Counted from the stretch's first letter, positions 37,932 to 47,708 are shown. The stretch: 64,000 nucleotides of DNA from IMGVR_UViG_3300036781_000418:124001-188000, one strand, 5' to 3'. The notes: generated by a model from the letters alone, not told the origin. Made by a program: numbers and translations.

Positions 37932-38191
37932 TCATCAGCAGCGAAGGCCTCACCTTCTCCTATGAGCGTGACGGCAGGTACTGGGTGCTGCACATTGACA
38001 AGAGCCCAACCCCATTGAGGTGGGACCCTAGCGCGACGTTCACGCCCAAATCGCTCGATCTTCCAGTGCTACGTGCTGAGTATCGGCGCGCCATCGGCGC
38101 CATCATTGACGACATGTTTTCGTACCTGTCGTTCAATGATCGCCACGAAATTTTCAACCTAACCATCAAGCACATCCCTTGTCCTTTCTAA
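37928..38191 (+). CDS. Hypothetical protein
   Basis: 87 aa with an ATGA overlap. Confidence 0.5.
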   Translation: MIISSEGLTFSYERDGRYWVLHIDKSPTPLRWDPSATFTPKSLDLPVLRAEYRRAIGAIIDDMFSYLSFNDRHEIFNLTIKHIPCPF

Positions 38192-38209
38192 CTTTGTGAG
38201 TTTACATGC

Positions 38210-39307
38210 ATGACCTTTATCATCCTTACCTTCCTAGCGGCCTTTCTCATTGAAGGACTAGGAACCGCCACCTCGGTCATTGGTCTCAGTGCGCTCTTCG
38301 GCGCCAACCCAATCATCATCGCGCTGGCCATCGCCCTCGACTTGGGCAAGATCGTCGTGGTCTCCCTGTTGTACAAGTACTGGAGCACCCTGGGCAAGGT
38401 GATGAAGTCGTACGCGTTCATCGCGGCCGCGATCACCATGGTCATCACGTCCGCTGGGGCCGCGGGCTACCTGACTGGCGAGTTCCAGAAGGCCATCATG
38501 GGCTCACAGGAAAGTGGGCTGCGTGTTGAGGCGCTGAAGGGCGAGCAGGCCAAGCTGGAAGAGCGCAAGAAGCAGATCGACAACCAGATCGAGCACCTGC
38601 CCGAGAAGTACACGGCGACCGCTCGGATCCGCATGATCAACCAGTTCAAGGACGAGCAGAAGACGGTGACGGCGCGGCTTGGTGAGATCACCACGCAGCT
38701 GCCCGACCTACAGGTTCACCAGCTGGGTGTGGAGGCGAAGGCTGGACCGATCCTGACCATCGCCAAGTCGTTCAACATCCCAGTCGAGCAGGCGATCAAG
38801 TACGTCATCCTCATGATCATCGTGGTGTTCGACCCGTTGGCGATCTTCTTGATCATCGCCGGCAACTTCTTGGTGGAACAGCGGAAGAAAGGTCAACAGG
38901 CGGAATACATCGAGCGTATCAAGGATGAGGTGCGCACGAAACGTATACCTGTCATGACGCCACCGCCACCGCCACCGCCTGAGAAAGAGACACCCGAGCC
39001 AACCGATGAGACCACAGCGGTGATGGAGGAAGCGCCCGTCATGCCGATCTACGAGGTCTTGGAGCCGACTCCACAGCCACTTGAGGAGCCACCAGAACCG
39101 CCTGAGGTGAAACCAGCCGACCCCAATGAGATCACCCTCAACGACCTCGGTCCAAGGGCCGAGATCACGCTTGACACCGTGAAGGGTAAGCTGCACCGCT
39201 CCTCAATGCACGACGCTGACGAGGGCGACGTGGAGATGGACGTTGGGGTTGGGCTGCACGGCAAACCTTCGCGTGCTCGTACCGTGTACCAAGGCCAGAG
39301 ACGATGA
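38210..39307 (+). CDS. Multi-TM membrane protein with coiled coil and Pro/Glu-rich tail
   Basis: Three N-terminal TM segments, a coiled coil, a further TM segment (IIVVFDPLAIFL) and a poly-Pro tail. Confidence 0.7.
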   Translation: MTFIILTFLAAFLIEGLGTATSVIGLSALFGANPIIIALAIALDLGKIVVVSLLYKYWSTLGKVMKSYAFIAAAITMVITSAGAAGYLTGEFQKAIMGSQESGLRVEALKGEQAKLEERKKQIDNQIEHLPEKYTATARIRMINQFKDEQKTVTARLGEITTQLPDLQVHQLGVEAKAGPILTIAKSFNIPVEQAIKYVILMIIVVFDPLAIFLIIAGNFLVEQRKKGQQAEYIERIKDEVRTKRIPVMTPPPPPPPEKETPEPTDETTAVMEEAPVMPIYEVLEPTPQPLEEPPEPPEVKPADPNEITLNDLGPRAEITLDTVKGKLHRSSMHDADEGDVEMDVGVGLHGKPSRARTVYQGQRR

Positions 39308-39358
39308 CAGGTTCGATGTTCGCTACAATGAAAGTATCGACATCGAAAAGGAGCCTTC

Positions 39359-40276
39359 ATGGCCGTCAACACGCTTTGGGTAGATCGCTACAAACCAAAG
39401 ACCCTCGCTGACCTCGTTCTCCAAAACGAAAGCGTCCGCAAGATCTTCGCCAAGTACATCGAGGAGAAGAGCATTCCCAACCTGCTCTTGGTTGGGCCAG
39501 CTGGTACGGGCAAGAGCTCAATGTCCAACGTCCTCAAGCGTGAGCTTGAGATCGACCGCCTTGACACGTTGCGCATCAACTGCTCGGATGAAGGCATCGA
39601 GGCGATTCGCGACAAGGTCAAGTCCTTCGCCACGACCCTGCCGTACGGTGACTTCAAGCTTGTCCAGCTTGAGGAGATTGACGGCCTCGGCCACCAAGCC
39701 CAGAAGATGCTGCGCAGCTTCATGGAGGACGTGACCCACACGTGTCGGTTCATCGCCACGGCGAACAACAAGAACCTGCTCCTCCCAGCCATCCAGTCGC
39801 GGTTCCAGACCTTCGAGTTCCAAGCTCCGGGCCGTGACTTCGTCATGCTCCGTGGTGCGGAGATCATGGAGAAGGAGGAGATCGCCTTCGACCTTGACAC
39901 CATCGAGCGGTTGGCCGCCATCACCTACCCCGACGTTCGCCAGTTCATCCAGCAGCTGGAGAAGAACTCGACGTCAGGCGCGTTGAAGATCGTCGCGGCT
40001 GAAGCCTCAGCCCAAGACTGGAAGCTCAGCCTGCTTGACCTGATGGGAACCAGCAACTGGGCCGCCGCACGAAAGCTCGTGTGTGAGAACTCCAGCAAGG
40101 AGGAGCTCGTCGACGTCTACCGCTTCCTCTACCAGAACATCCACCGCACTGACGTGTCTCAGGCGAAGCGTGACTTGGCGGTCGTCGTCATTGCCAAGTA
40201 TCAGTACCAACATCCATTCTGTGCCGACGGGGAACTCAACCTCGCGGCCTGCTTCATTGAACTGGGGATTTTGTAA
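39359..40276 (+). CDS. Clamp loader AAA+ subunit, T4 gp44-like
   Basis: WVDRYKPKTL, GPAGTGKS, LEEID and IQSRF. Confidence 0.92.
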   Translation: MAVNTLWVDRYKPKTLADLVLQNESVRKIFAKYIEEKSIPNLLLVGPAGTGKSSMSNVLKRELEIDRLDTLRINCSDEGIEAIRDKVKSFATTLPYGDFKLVQLEEIDGLGHQAQKMLRSFMEDVTHTCRFIATANNKNLLLPAIQSRFQTFEFQAPGRDFVMLRGAEIMEKEEIAFDLDTIERLAAITYPDVRQFIQQLEKNSTSGALKIVAAEASAQDWKLSLLDLMGTSNWAAARKLVCENSSKEELVDVYRFLYQNIHRTDVSQAKRDLAVVVIAKYQYQHPFCADGELNLAACFIELGIL

Positions 40277-40632
40277 TGGCCGATACCGCAGACCGTCGCT
40301 CAGAGGGCGACCTTTCAATGACTGACAGTGCAATACAGAATCGGCTCACCTACCGACACTGTCAAGCTCATGGCATCTGCGTGAGCTGCAAAACCAAGGA
40401 GGTGCGAGGCCGTTCGTACTGCTACGACTGCTCAATCACGCAGAAGCTCCACACCTACCGGACGGGGTTGAGGCACTTCATGACCGACGCCGGGCTAGAC
40501 AACACAACGAACGTCCTCAACGTGGTTGAGGGCATGATTGATCGGCACCAGCTGTCGCTGGATGAAATGGTGCTGCTCAATTCACTCCTGGTGCTCATCA
40601 GCAAAGCACACACTACAAGGAAAACAACATGA
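40276..40632 (+). CDS. Hypothetical Zn-finger-like protein
   Basis: CVSC ... CYDC. Confidence 0.45.
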   Translation: MADTADRRSEGDLSMTDSAIQNRLTYRHCQAHGICVSCKTKEVRGRSYCYDCSITQKLHTYRTGLRHFMTDAGLDNTTNVLNVVEGMIDRHQLSLDEMVLLNSLLVLISKAHTTRKTT

Positions 40633-41159
40633 TCATCACCCTCTGCGGCTCCGCCCGCTTCGAACGTCTCTTCAAGGCCTGGAACGAGGCCCTCACCCTC
40701 GGTGGCCACACCGTCTTCGACCTATCAGTCTATCCGAGCGAGAAGGCGGGCGTCAAGCAGTGGTACAACGACGTCGAGAAGATCCAGCTCGATGCGGCCC
40801 ACCTCGCCAAGATCGCCGCCTCAGACGCGATCGTCGTCATCAACCGCTACGGCTACATCGGTGAGTCCACCCTGCGTGAGGTGATGTTCGCCAAAGCCGC
40901 CGGCAAAAAGCTCTACTTCCAAGAAGGCTGGATGCAAGGCTATGGCTTCGACCCAGATGCCGAACGACGTGTTCAAGATGGCGACATCGTCGACGAGTTC
41001 GAGGCCTCAGCCATCAAGGACGGCATCGCCCTCCCCGTTAAGTCGCCCATCAACACGGGTTGGTACTCCACCGACGTCACAGGCGACACGTTGCTTGAAA
41101 GTTGTGACCAAGATGGCATCTACTGGAAGCGCGTCTCCGACGCCATAAACGCGGAGTAA
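40629..41159 (+). CDS. Rossmannoid (nucleoside-deoxyribosyltransferase-like) hypothetical protein
   Basis: ITLCGSARF ... HLAKIAASDAIVVIN..GYIGEST.REV.FA...GK. Confidence 0.5.
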   Translation: MIITLCGSARFERLFKAWNEALTLGGHTVFDLSVYPSEKAGVKQWYNDVEKIQLDAAHLAKIAASDAIVVINRYGYIGESTLREVMFAKAAGKKLYFQEGWMQGYGFDPDAERRVQDGDIVDEFEASAIKDGIALPVKSPINTGWYSTDVTGDTLLESCDQDGIYWKRVSDAINAE

Positions 41160-41161
41160 CC

Positions 41162-41680
41162 ATGGCCGCACGCGACGCACTGGACCTCTTTGGCTTTCTT
41201 GGCCAGCTCAACTCAGGCAACACCAACGCCTACGCTGAGCTGACTGACGAGGCGAAGAAGGTCGCCCACCCGTTGGTGATCATGCGGTGGTTGGCAGGCA
41301 CCACCGATCCACAGCAGATTCTCCGCCTCAACATGTTCGTCAACCCATACGTCTTCAGCTTGGGCGACGAGAAGGAGCTGCTGTTCCAGCTCTCCGCGGC
41401 GGCCTGTACTGGCTACCAACGTAGCACCTGGTTGAAGGGGCCTGGACAGGACAAGCGATCCAAGCTGCTCCTTGAGACCGTTGCTCAAGCCTACGAGTGC
41501 ACGAACCGGGATGCGGGTCACCTACTCGAGTTGATGAGTGAGGCCGATGTGCTACTATGTGCAGAGCAGCTCGGCCTCGAGAAGGAACAGGTGACGAAGC
41601 TGAAGGCTGACTTCAACAAAGGTAAAGATGAAGCGCGAGGAACTAAGACAAGCGGCAAGCCATCGGCGCGTAAGCGCTGA
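41162..41680 (+). CDS. Possible clamp loader small subunit (gp62-like)
   Basis: Helical 172 aa (PLVIMRWL...LNMFVN...LLF) near gp44; weak recognition. Confidence 0.45.
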   Translation: MAARDALDLFGFLGQLNSGNTNAYAELTDEAKKVAHPLVIMRWLAGTTDPQQILRLNMFVNPYVFSLGDEKELLFQLSAAACTGYQRSTWLKGPGQDKRSKLLLETVAQAYECTNRDAGHLLELMSEADVLLCAEQLGLEKEQVTKLKADFNKGKDEARGTKTSGKPSARKR

Positions 41681-42362
41681 ATCGGCTGAGCAGTCTCGTT
41701 GGGACTGCGAATACTGCAACCACAGCTGGGCCACTGAGAACGGCTTCATGGGGCACACCTGTAAGGGTCGAGCGAAGCTTGACCAGTTGCAGTCGATCAC
41801 TGGACAGGTGGCGTACTCCTACTACGGTGACTGGATGCGGGCACGTCGAAGGTCGGTGCCTAGCGCGGAGAAGTTCCTGACCTCTCGGTACTACAACACG
41901 TTCATCCGCTTCGCCGACTTCGCCGACAAGACGGCGATTCCCAACACTGAGCAGTTCATCAAGCAGATGGTCGAGCTCAACTACGACCCGGTGCTGTGGA
42001 CGAACCGTGGAGTCTACGCGGCGTACCTTGAATGGTTTGACCGGGCCTACCCACCCGAGTCGCAGTTCATGGAGTCACTTGACCAGCTTACTCGGCTGGC
42101 GGCCGATGGTGAAGTGCAGCTCACCAACATCTACGAGTACCTCGGTGCTGAGTCGTTGGTGAAGCTTGTCCGTCGTCGCAAGGTCTCGCCGTGGTTCCTC
42201 GTGACGTCGAAGAAGTTCATCTCATGGGCGACGGCCTTGCCAACCCTTGAGAAACAGCTCGTGACGGACTGCGTGAACGTGGGTGCGTACGGCCTGAAGC
42301 TTCAAGCTCGGCCTGATCTTGTCCACATGTTCCGTGCCGCGTCGGCGGAGGTTGGCCTATGA
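41628..42362 (+). CDS. Hypothetical protein with N-terminal C2HC zinc finger
   Basis: CEYC ... HTC; coupled by ATGA to the DnaE core fragment. Confidence 0.65.
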   Translation: MKREELRQAASHRRVSAESAEQSRWDCEYCNHSWATENGFMGHTCKGRAKLDQLQSITGQVAYSYYGDWMRARRRSVPSAEKFLTSRYYNTFIRFADFADKTAIPNTEQFIKQMVELNYDPVLWTNRGVYAAYLEWFDRAYPPESQFMESLDQLTRLAADGEVQLTNIYEYLGAESLVKLVRRRKVSPWFLVTSKKFISWATALPTLEKQLVTDCVNVGAYGLKLQARPDLVHMFRAASAEVGL

Positions 42363-42937
42363 TTGGTGACATTGACATCGACACGGCGACCTCCTTCGAT
42401 CCGACGAAGGTCTTCCCATGGATTCGCGCCAGCATGGTGAAGGACGGCCAGTTGTTGAAGCACCCGTGTGGCGTCTACCCACAGCGCATTGCTCGAGACC
42501 CGATCACTGGCCTGGCCGCCGTGCCGTACGACGTGGCTGAGGACCTCGGCTTCATCAAGCTCGACTTCCTTCACCTGACCGTCTACGACAACCTCAACTC
42601 GCGTGAGGAGCTCGAGACGCTGGTCAACAAGGAACCGGAGTGGACGCTGCTACAGCTCCCCTCCACCCACAAGAAACTCTTTCAACTGGCAAAGCACGGT
42701 GAGCTCCTGATGAAGCTCAAGCCGACGTCGTTGGAGGAGCTGGCCGACGTGCTGGCGCTCATCCGCCCCGGTAAGTCGACCCTCGTTCCGCTCTACACCA
42801 AGAGCAAGACGACGGCTCGCCAGCTCCTCTGGGCGCAGGACTCGGAGAACGGCTACACCTTCAAGAAGGCCCACGCGTACGGCTACGCCCTGGTCATCGT
42901 GCTCCAACTTCACCTCATTGACATGGGACGGATATGA
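42359..42937 (+). CDS. DnaE-like catalytic core fragment
   Basis: GDIDID (catalytic DxD), KHPCGVY, GFIKLDFL, LFQL, LALIRPG and YTFKKAHAYGY. Confidence 0.85.
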   Translation: MIGDIDIDTATSFDPTKVFPWIRASMVKDGQLLKHPCGVYPQRIARDPITGLAAVPYDVAEDLGFIKLDFLHLTVYDNLNSREELETLVNKEPEWTLLQLPSTHKKLFQLAKHGELLMKLKPTSLEELADVLALIRPGKSTLVPLYTKSKTTARQLLWAQDSENGYTFKKAHAYGYALVIVLQLHLIDMGRI

Positions 42938-43224
42938 AACGTAAAGGCGTCAAAAATTCGCTGCAGTATCACGGCTGGACCGCCGATCAGTTCAAGGCGC
43001 TGACCACTGAACACCTGATCACCATCTTGGCGGCGTCACGGATGATCATCACGTGCGGGTGTCACTACCACTGTGGTGACGACTACCTGGATCCAAGCGA
43101 CCGTGCCTTCAACAATGGACAGCGCGCGTTACGTGAAACCGTTAAGATAGCCTTGGTAGGTCGTGAACACCGCCCTCGTTCTTGCGCGCCGGCGTGCCGG
43201 GAGAAGAAGCAACTGCGGTACTGA
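42934..43224 (+). CDS. Hypothetical protein
   Basis: 96 aa with an ATGA overlap. Confidence 0.5.
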   Translation: MKRKGVKNSLQYHGWTADQFKALTTEHLITILAASRMIITCGCHYHCGDDYLDPSDRAFNNGQRALRETVKIALVGREHRPRSCAPACREKKQLRY

Positions 43225-43303
43225 CCCGGCACCGTTACACCTTCGTCGTTATCCGGTCTCGTAACGGTGTATAATCGGACGTACACACTTACACGAGGGA
43301 CGT

Positions 43304-44059
43304 ATGGGTGCCAACAGCAAAAGCAAGGACCGTAAGCTCGATCCAGAGCTCGCGGTCAAGACCGTCGCGGAGGCCGTGAAGGTTCGCGACGAAATCAGCG
43401 GCTACTACCGACGGTACCATGGGCTCGCCAAGATCGCCATGGTTTTTCTGAACGTGAAGCCGCACAACTTCAAGAAGGCCGTCGACGCCATCTACTACCT
43501 TGGTGGAGCTGGTGAGTACGCGGACCGACTCGCCGCGACGCTTGACAGCGTCGCCAAGATGTACATGATCCTTGACTTCATCGGCGAAGGCAAGGTCGTT
43601 GAGGAGTACTTGAAGGACACGTACGGCATCAAGATCTCCATCCCCGCCAAGGAGCGGATCAAGGAGGTCAAGATCGGTGACCGTGAGCGTGTGACCATCA
43701 ACAACCTCATGAAGCCGAAGTCGCACGGTATCGACATGGATGAGATGAAGACGAACCGCGACCTCGTCAAGTTTTGCTTCGACGGGTGCCTTGGGCTGCA
43801 GTCCACAATCTGCAGCACCGCGGACTACATCAAGGACCACCTCAAGCCGAAGATTGAGAACGCCCTCCTCATCCAACCGCCCGAGTACGCCCGCTTCTTC
43901 AACATCGCGAAGGCCAAGCTCGGCAAGAAAACTGAGGAGAGACAGGCCCGCAAGAAGAAGGGTTTCGAGACCTCGCACGAGGGTATGAACCTTGGTTTCG
44001 CCCAACTCAAGGCGACTCCCATCAAGGACTTGATCGCGGCCTCGAAGGCGAACGAGTAA
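43304..44059 (+). CDS. Hypothetical basic helical protein
   Basis: 251 aa; TATAAT at 43270-43275 and a GAGGGA RBS. Confidence 0.7.
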   Translation: MGANSKSKDRKLDPELAVKTVAEAVKVRDEISGYYRRYHGLAKIAMVFLNVKPHNFKKAVDAIYYLGGAGEYADRLAATLDSVAKMYMILDFIGEGKVVEEYLKDTYGIKISIPAKERIKEVKIGDRERVTINNLMKPKSHGIDMDEMKTNRDLVKFCFDGCLGLQSTICSTADYIKDHLKPKIENALLIQPPEYARFFNIAKAKLGKKTEERQARKKKGFETSHEGMNLGFAQLKATPIKDLIAASKANE

Positions 44060-44167
44060 AATCCGTACACCCCGTTACAGATTTGTCTACATAATCCTGG
44101 AGGAGGATGTAGAATCTCTCCATGCGTTGATCCACAACGTACAACCTGGCAACCTTGGAGAGCTATC

Positions 44168-45223
44168 ATGAACCTTCGTACCCTGTTCGCCCTGACCCTA
44201 GCGGTCGCCCTGACCGCCTGCGGTGGAGGTGGTGGATCCGACAACGGATCAACTCCCCCGCCTCCACCGCCTCCCCCACCCGCGCCGACGGCCACGCTGA
44301 CAAGCTCAGCCGCCTACGCGATCGTTGGAACACCCTTCACGCTGACGTGGAGCTCCAACCAAACCGCCTGCACCGGCACGAACTTCACGGCGAGCGCAGC
44401 CTCCGGCACGGTCACCCCGACCCTGACGGCAGGCACCGCCACCTTTACCGTCACGTGCGGCACAGCGACGGCCTCGGTGACCACGAAGGTCCTGCCCGAG
44501 TACACCGCGATTCCGGACGTCGGCTTCCAAGCCGCCCTCATCAACCTCCACGTTCCAGTGAGCGCTGGCCAGGTGAAGACCGCCGACATCGCGGGTATCA
44601 CAAGCATCGTGATGTCCAGCACCCAGAGCCCCACCATGCCTGGCCAAGCGAGCATCGCGGACTACTCCGTCAGCGACCTCACCGGCCTCGCGAACTTCGT
44701 GAGCCTCACCACCCTGTACGCTGAGCACCAGAACCTTGACAACCGCGTGGACTTCTCGCAGAACCCGGCATTGGTCAACCTGCAGCTGTGGGACAACAAG
44801 ATCACCCACCTGGACGTCTCCGCCCTGGTGAACTTGCAGATCCTCGGTACGGGCTGCTTGGACCTCGACGCCCTGGACGTCTCGAAGAACGTCAACATCG
44901 TCGAGCTGGACCTGCAGAACACCGCCACCTGCGTCACCCGCGCACGCACCCTCGACCTCTCAAAGAACGTCAAGCTCCAGCGACTGTACACCCAGTACAC
45001 GCAACTGGCGAGCCTTGACCTCTCGCACAACCCGCTGATGACGGACGTTTGGGTCTCGAACAACCAGCTGACCTACTTGAACCTCAAGGGCGTCGGACTG
45101 CTGAAGATCCTTGACACCCGCAACAACCCTGGCTTGACACAGATTCTCGTGTCCACCCTGCCGCCTGCCAACCAGGCTGGTTACCTCCAAGATCCAGGCC
45201 AGGTCTTCGTGATCGCGCCCTGA
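44168..45223 (+). CDS. Lipoprotein with Ig-like domain and internalin-type LRRs
   Basis: Signal peptide with lipobox LTA|C, Gly/Pro linker, IPDVGFQAALI cap, and LRRs LTGLANFVSLTTLYA / LVNLQLWDNKITHLDVS / LTYLNLKG. Confidence 0.85.
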   Translation: MNLRTLFALTLAVALTACGGGGGSDNGSTPPPPPPPPPAPTATLTSSAAYAIVGTPFTLTWSSNQTACTGTNFTASAASGTVTPTLTAGTATFTVTCGTATASVTTKVLPEYTAIPDVGFQAALINLHVPVSAGQVKTADIAGITSIVMSSTQSPTMPGQASIADYSVSDLTGLANFVSLTTLYAEHQNLDNRVDFSQNPALVNLQLWDNKITHLDVSALVNLQILGTGCLDLDALDVSKNVNIVELDLQNTATCVTRARTLDLSKNVKLQRLYTQYTQLASLDLSHNPLMTDVWVSNNQLTYLNLKGVGLLKILDTRNNPGLTQILVSTLPPANQAGYLQDPGQVFVIAP

Positions 45224-45236
45224 TCCTTGATGTAGG

Positions 45237-45280
45237 TTGCCAACTGGGGTGATAGAGGTACGATGCCTCTATCACCCCAG
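45237..45280 (+). promoter_or_regulatory. Sigma70-like promoter with the -10 box in the loop of a 15-bp inverted repeat
   Basis: TTGCCA-N16-TACGAT; arms ctggggtgatagagg (45244-45258) and cctctatcaccccag (45266-45280). Confidence 0.6.
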
Positions 45281-45289
45281 AGGCATTTC

Positions 45290-46378
45290 ATGGACCACCT
45301 TAAGATCATCTCACAACTCAAGTCGCCAATCATCTGCGCACTGCCGTATGGCTCCAGGCTGTATGGAACCTCAACGCCTTCGTCTGACTACGACTACAAG
45401 GCCGTCTACATGCCCACGCTCCGTACCCTGCTCCTCAACAAGGAGCTGAAGGTGGAGCGAGCTCGCTTCCACGCCGACGGTACCCGAGCCGCGGACGGTG
45501 ACTCCATGACGGCCGACGGCCTGGAGATCGAAAGCTTCTCGATCCACAAACTGTTCCATGACTACGTGCGTGGTCAAGCCTACGCAATGGAGCTCGTGTT
45601 CGCCATGCAGCAAGGCTTCACGTTGACCGACGCGACGCTGACCACCGTGTGGGGCCAGTCGACCATGGCCACGCTGTCCAAGGAGCTGGTCGCCAAGGCA
45701 CCCCACAAGAACGTCTACTCCATGGTCTCCTTCGCGGTGAAGCAGACGATGGACTACGTGCAGCGTGGAGAACGGTTGAAGGCCGCCTCGAACGTGCTGC
45801 GCAAGGTCAAGAACTGGGAGTTGTTGCTCAAGACGAACGGTGCGGTGCCGCGGCTCGACACGATGGTCGCGTACGCGGACGACACTGGGTATGGAATCAT
45901 CACTGAGCGCGTGATCGACAACGTAGCTCGTGCGACCGGGTTGACCATCGGCGAGTCCATGAACCAGTCGAAGAAGATGGACACGCTCAAGCTGAACGGC
46001 CGCGAGTACCTTGAGACGACCCGCTTGGACCACCTCATCGGCGCGCTGGAAAAGTTGGTGGAGAGCTACGGCACACGCACCAACGAGGCCGCCGAGAAGG
46101 ACGTCGACTGGAAGTCGCTGAGCCACGCGGTGCGTGTGTACCAGCAGGTTGAGGAGTTCCTTGACACTGGCTTCATCACGTTCCCACGTGCCAACGTCCA
46201 ACAGTTGATCGACATCAAGGAAGGTCGAACGTCGCTTGAGGACGTGAAGGTCCTGCTACGCGACCTTGACACGCGCATTCACCCGCGTTGTGTCACGCCA
46301 ACTCAGACCGAGATCGCCGAGCTTGACAAGCAAGCCGACGCCATCCTATACAGCTGGGTTTACGAGGCCACGCTGTAG
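45290..46378 (+). CDS. Pol-beta-family nucleotidyltransferase (RlaP-like)
   Basis: YGSRLYGTSTPSSDYDYKAVY and C-terminal KSLSHAVR. Confidence 0.85.
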   Translation: MDHLKIISQLKSPIICALPYGSRLYGTSTPSSDYDYKAVYMPTLRTLLLNKELKVERARFHADGTRAADGDSMTADGLEIESFSIHKLFHDYVRGQAYAMELVFAMQQGFTLTDATLTTVWGQSTMATLSKELVAKAPHKNVYSMVSFAVKQTMDYVQRGERLKAASNVLRKVKNWELLLKTNGAVPRLDTMVAYADDTGYGIITERVIDNVARATGLTIGESMNQSKKMDTLKLNGREYLETTRLDHLIGALEKLVESYGTRTNEAAEKDVDWKSLSHAVRVYQQVEEFLDTGFITFPRANVQQLIDIKEGRTSLEDVKVLLRDLDTRIHPRCVTPTQTEIAELDKQADAILYSWVYEATL

Positions 46379-46810
46379 CGCGTAGATCGTCGCCTTTGGG
46401 CGAATTTCGACGAACTCAGGAATTACGGGGACACGACGACGTTTGATTCGTCCATGTCCACGTAGGTCCGTGGAGAACCCACGGCCAACGAGTCGACGAA
46501 CGTGCGCCAAGGCGAAGGTCTTGTAGATCGGCTGCGTGATCTCGGACAGGCCAAGCTTGGAGAGTTCAAAGGACAACGGGTGTCGTACCCCTGACTGTTC
46601 CCAATCTCCAGCGACGTTGATGAACGCCTCGAGGTCAACGCCTTCCTGCTGCGCAAAGTCAAGGACGTACGCCGTAAGCTCGTCCTCCGTGATGTTGTCC
46701 ACGATGACAAGGTACTGCTCGTGGCGGTGCTCGAGCAGGCTGAGCATCATCATGTTGGCGTTGCCAGTGACGTGTTCAACGATGAGGTTGGAGATCTTCT
46801 TCTTGGTCAT
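46346..46810 (-). CDS. Hypothetical late protein
   Basis: 154 aa with a minus-strand TAAATA at 46835-46840. Confidence 0.7.
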   Translation of the reverse strand: MTKKKISNLIVEHVTGNANMMMLSLLEHRHEQYLVIVDNITEDELTAYVLDFAQQEGVDLEAFINVAGDWEQSGVRHPLSFELSKLGLSEITQPIYKTFALAHVRRLVGRGFSTDLRGHGRIKRRRVPVIPEFVEIRPKATIYALQRGLVNPAV

Positions 46811-46942
46811 GTAGTGCAGGAGTCGGTGTCCTGGTATTTATGGACCCCGGTTGCACCGTAACGATTCTTGAACCTGTTACAGAATCCTAGTGTACTTATC
46901 TCAGGATAAGCGTAGAATTCAACCATGTTCTAGGAGAACGCC

Positions 46943-47296
46943 ATGTTTAAGAATCCACGCCTGTTGATCTTCATCGCCCTCATCATCGTCGTCTGCCGCT
47001 CCCTGTTCGGATCGTGGCGTGCGACGGAGATCGGACAAGGCGCGCACTTCGGAGTTGGAGTGATCATCTTCGGCTTGCTCTTCTTCCTGTGGGCCATCAC
47101 TATGTTCGGGTCGTTCCGAAACGTTGTGATTGTCCTGACCGCCTTCACCGCGGTCGGCGCGACCCTCGTTTTCTGCGCGGCCTTTACCATGGCCTTCGCC
47201 TTTCATATCCTTGGTGGTCAGCCAATCACTGACCCGGACGGTGCCTTCATGACGATGGTCACATTCGCCAAGGAATTCTGGCACTTGGTGTTCTGA
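46943..47296 (+). CDS. Multi-TM membrane protein
   Basis: Very hydrophobic 117 aa with an AGGAG RBS. Confidence 0.65.
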   Translation: MFKNPRLLIFIALIIVVCRSLFGSWRATEIGQGAHFGVGVIIFGLLFFLWAITMFGSFRNVVIVLTAFTAVGATLVFCAAFTMAFAFHILGGQPITDPDGAFMTMVTFAKEFWHLVF

Positions 47297-47297
47297 C

Positions 47298-47708
47298 ATG
47301 ATAATCTACCACGCTTCACCGACACAGCTGGCCAGCTTCGGGCCAACCCCTGCCTGGTTTTCCACTAACACCCGTGACGCCGCGGGTTGGCATAAAGCCG
47401 GTGGCCAGGTGAAAAGCTACACGCACATCTGCACCTTCGCCGGCGTTATCGCGCCGATCACGACCGTGGTTGAGCTCGCCAAGCGGGTGTGGCCGAACGA
47501 CGAGTTCATCTACTCGATGCTGGACCCGCACATCGGCGAGTTTGAGGTGAGCAAGATCGAGGAGTTTGTCCGAGTGCTCAAGGTTGCCGGGTTTGACGCG
47601 GCCTATGTTGAGGACTACGACCCGCACGACTTCGAGCACGGTCGAACCATCAGCATGTGCGTCCTTAACCCGTCGAGCACGGTGCAGGTTCAGATCTTCA
47701 TGGAGTAA
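47298..47708 (+). CDS. ADP-ribosyltransferase-fold-like protein (tentative)
   Basis: IYHAS...F...AWFSTN...A..W and AGFDAAYV...CVLNP resemble the YHG/FFT/GYDG pattern of ART-PolyVal-like domains. Confidence 0.4.
   Translation: MIIYHASPTQLASFGPTPAWFSTNTRDAAGWHKAGGQVKSYTHICTFAGVIAPITTVVELAKRVWPNDEFIYSMLDPHIGEFEVSKIEEFVRVLKVAGFDAAYVEDYDPHDFEHGRTISMCVLNPSSTVQVQIFME

Noticed and set aside
38945-39130. Poly-Pro and CCA/CCG microsatellite-like runs (also 44268-44285)
   Set aside because: They are in-frame low-complexity linkers in membrane or lipoproteins, not phase-variation tracts.
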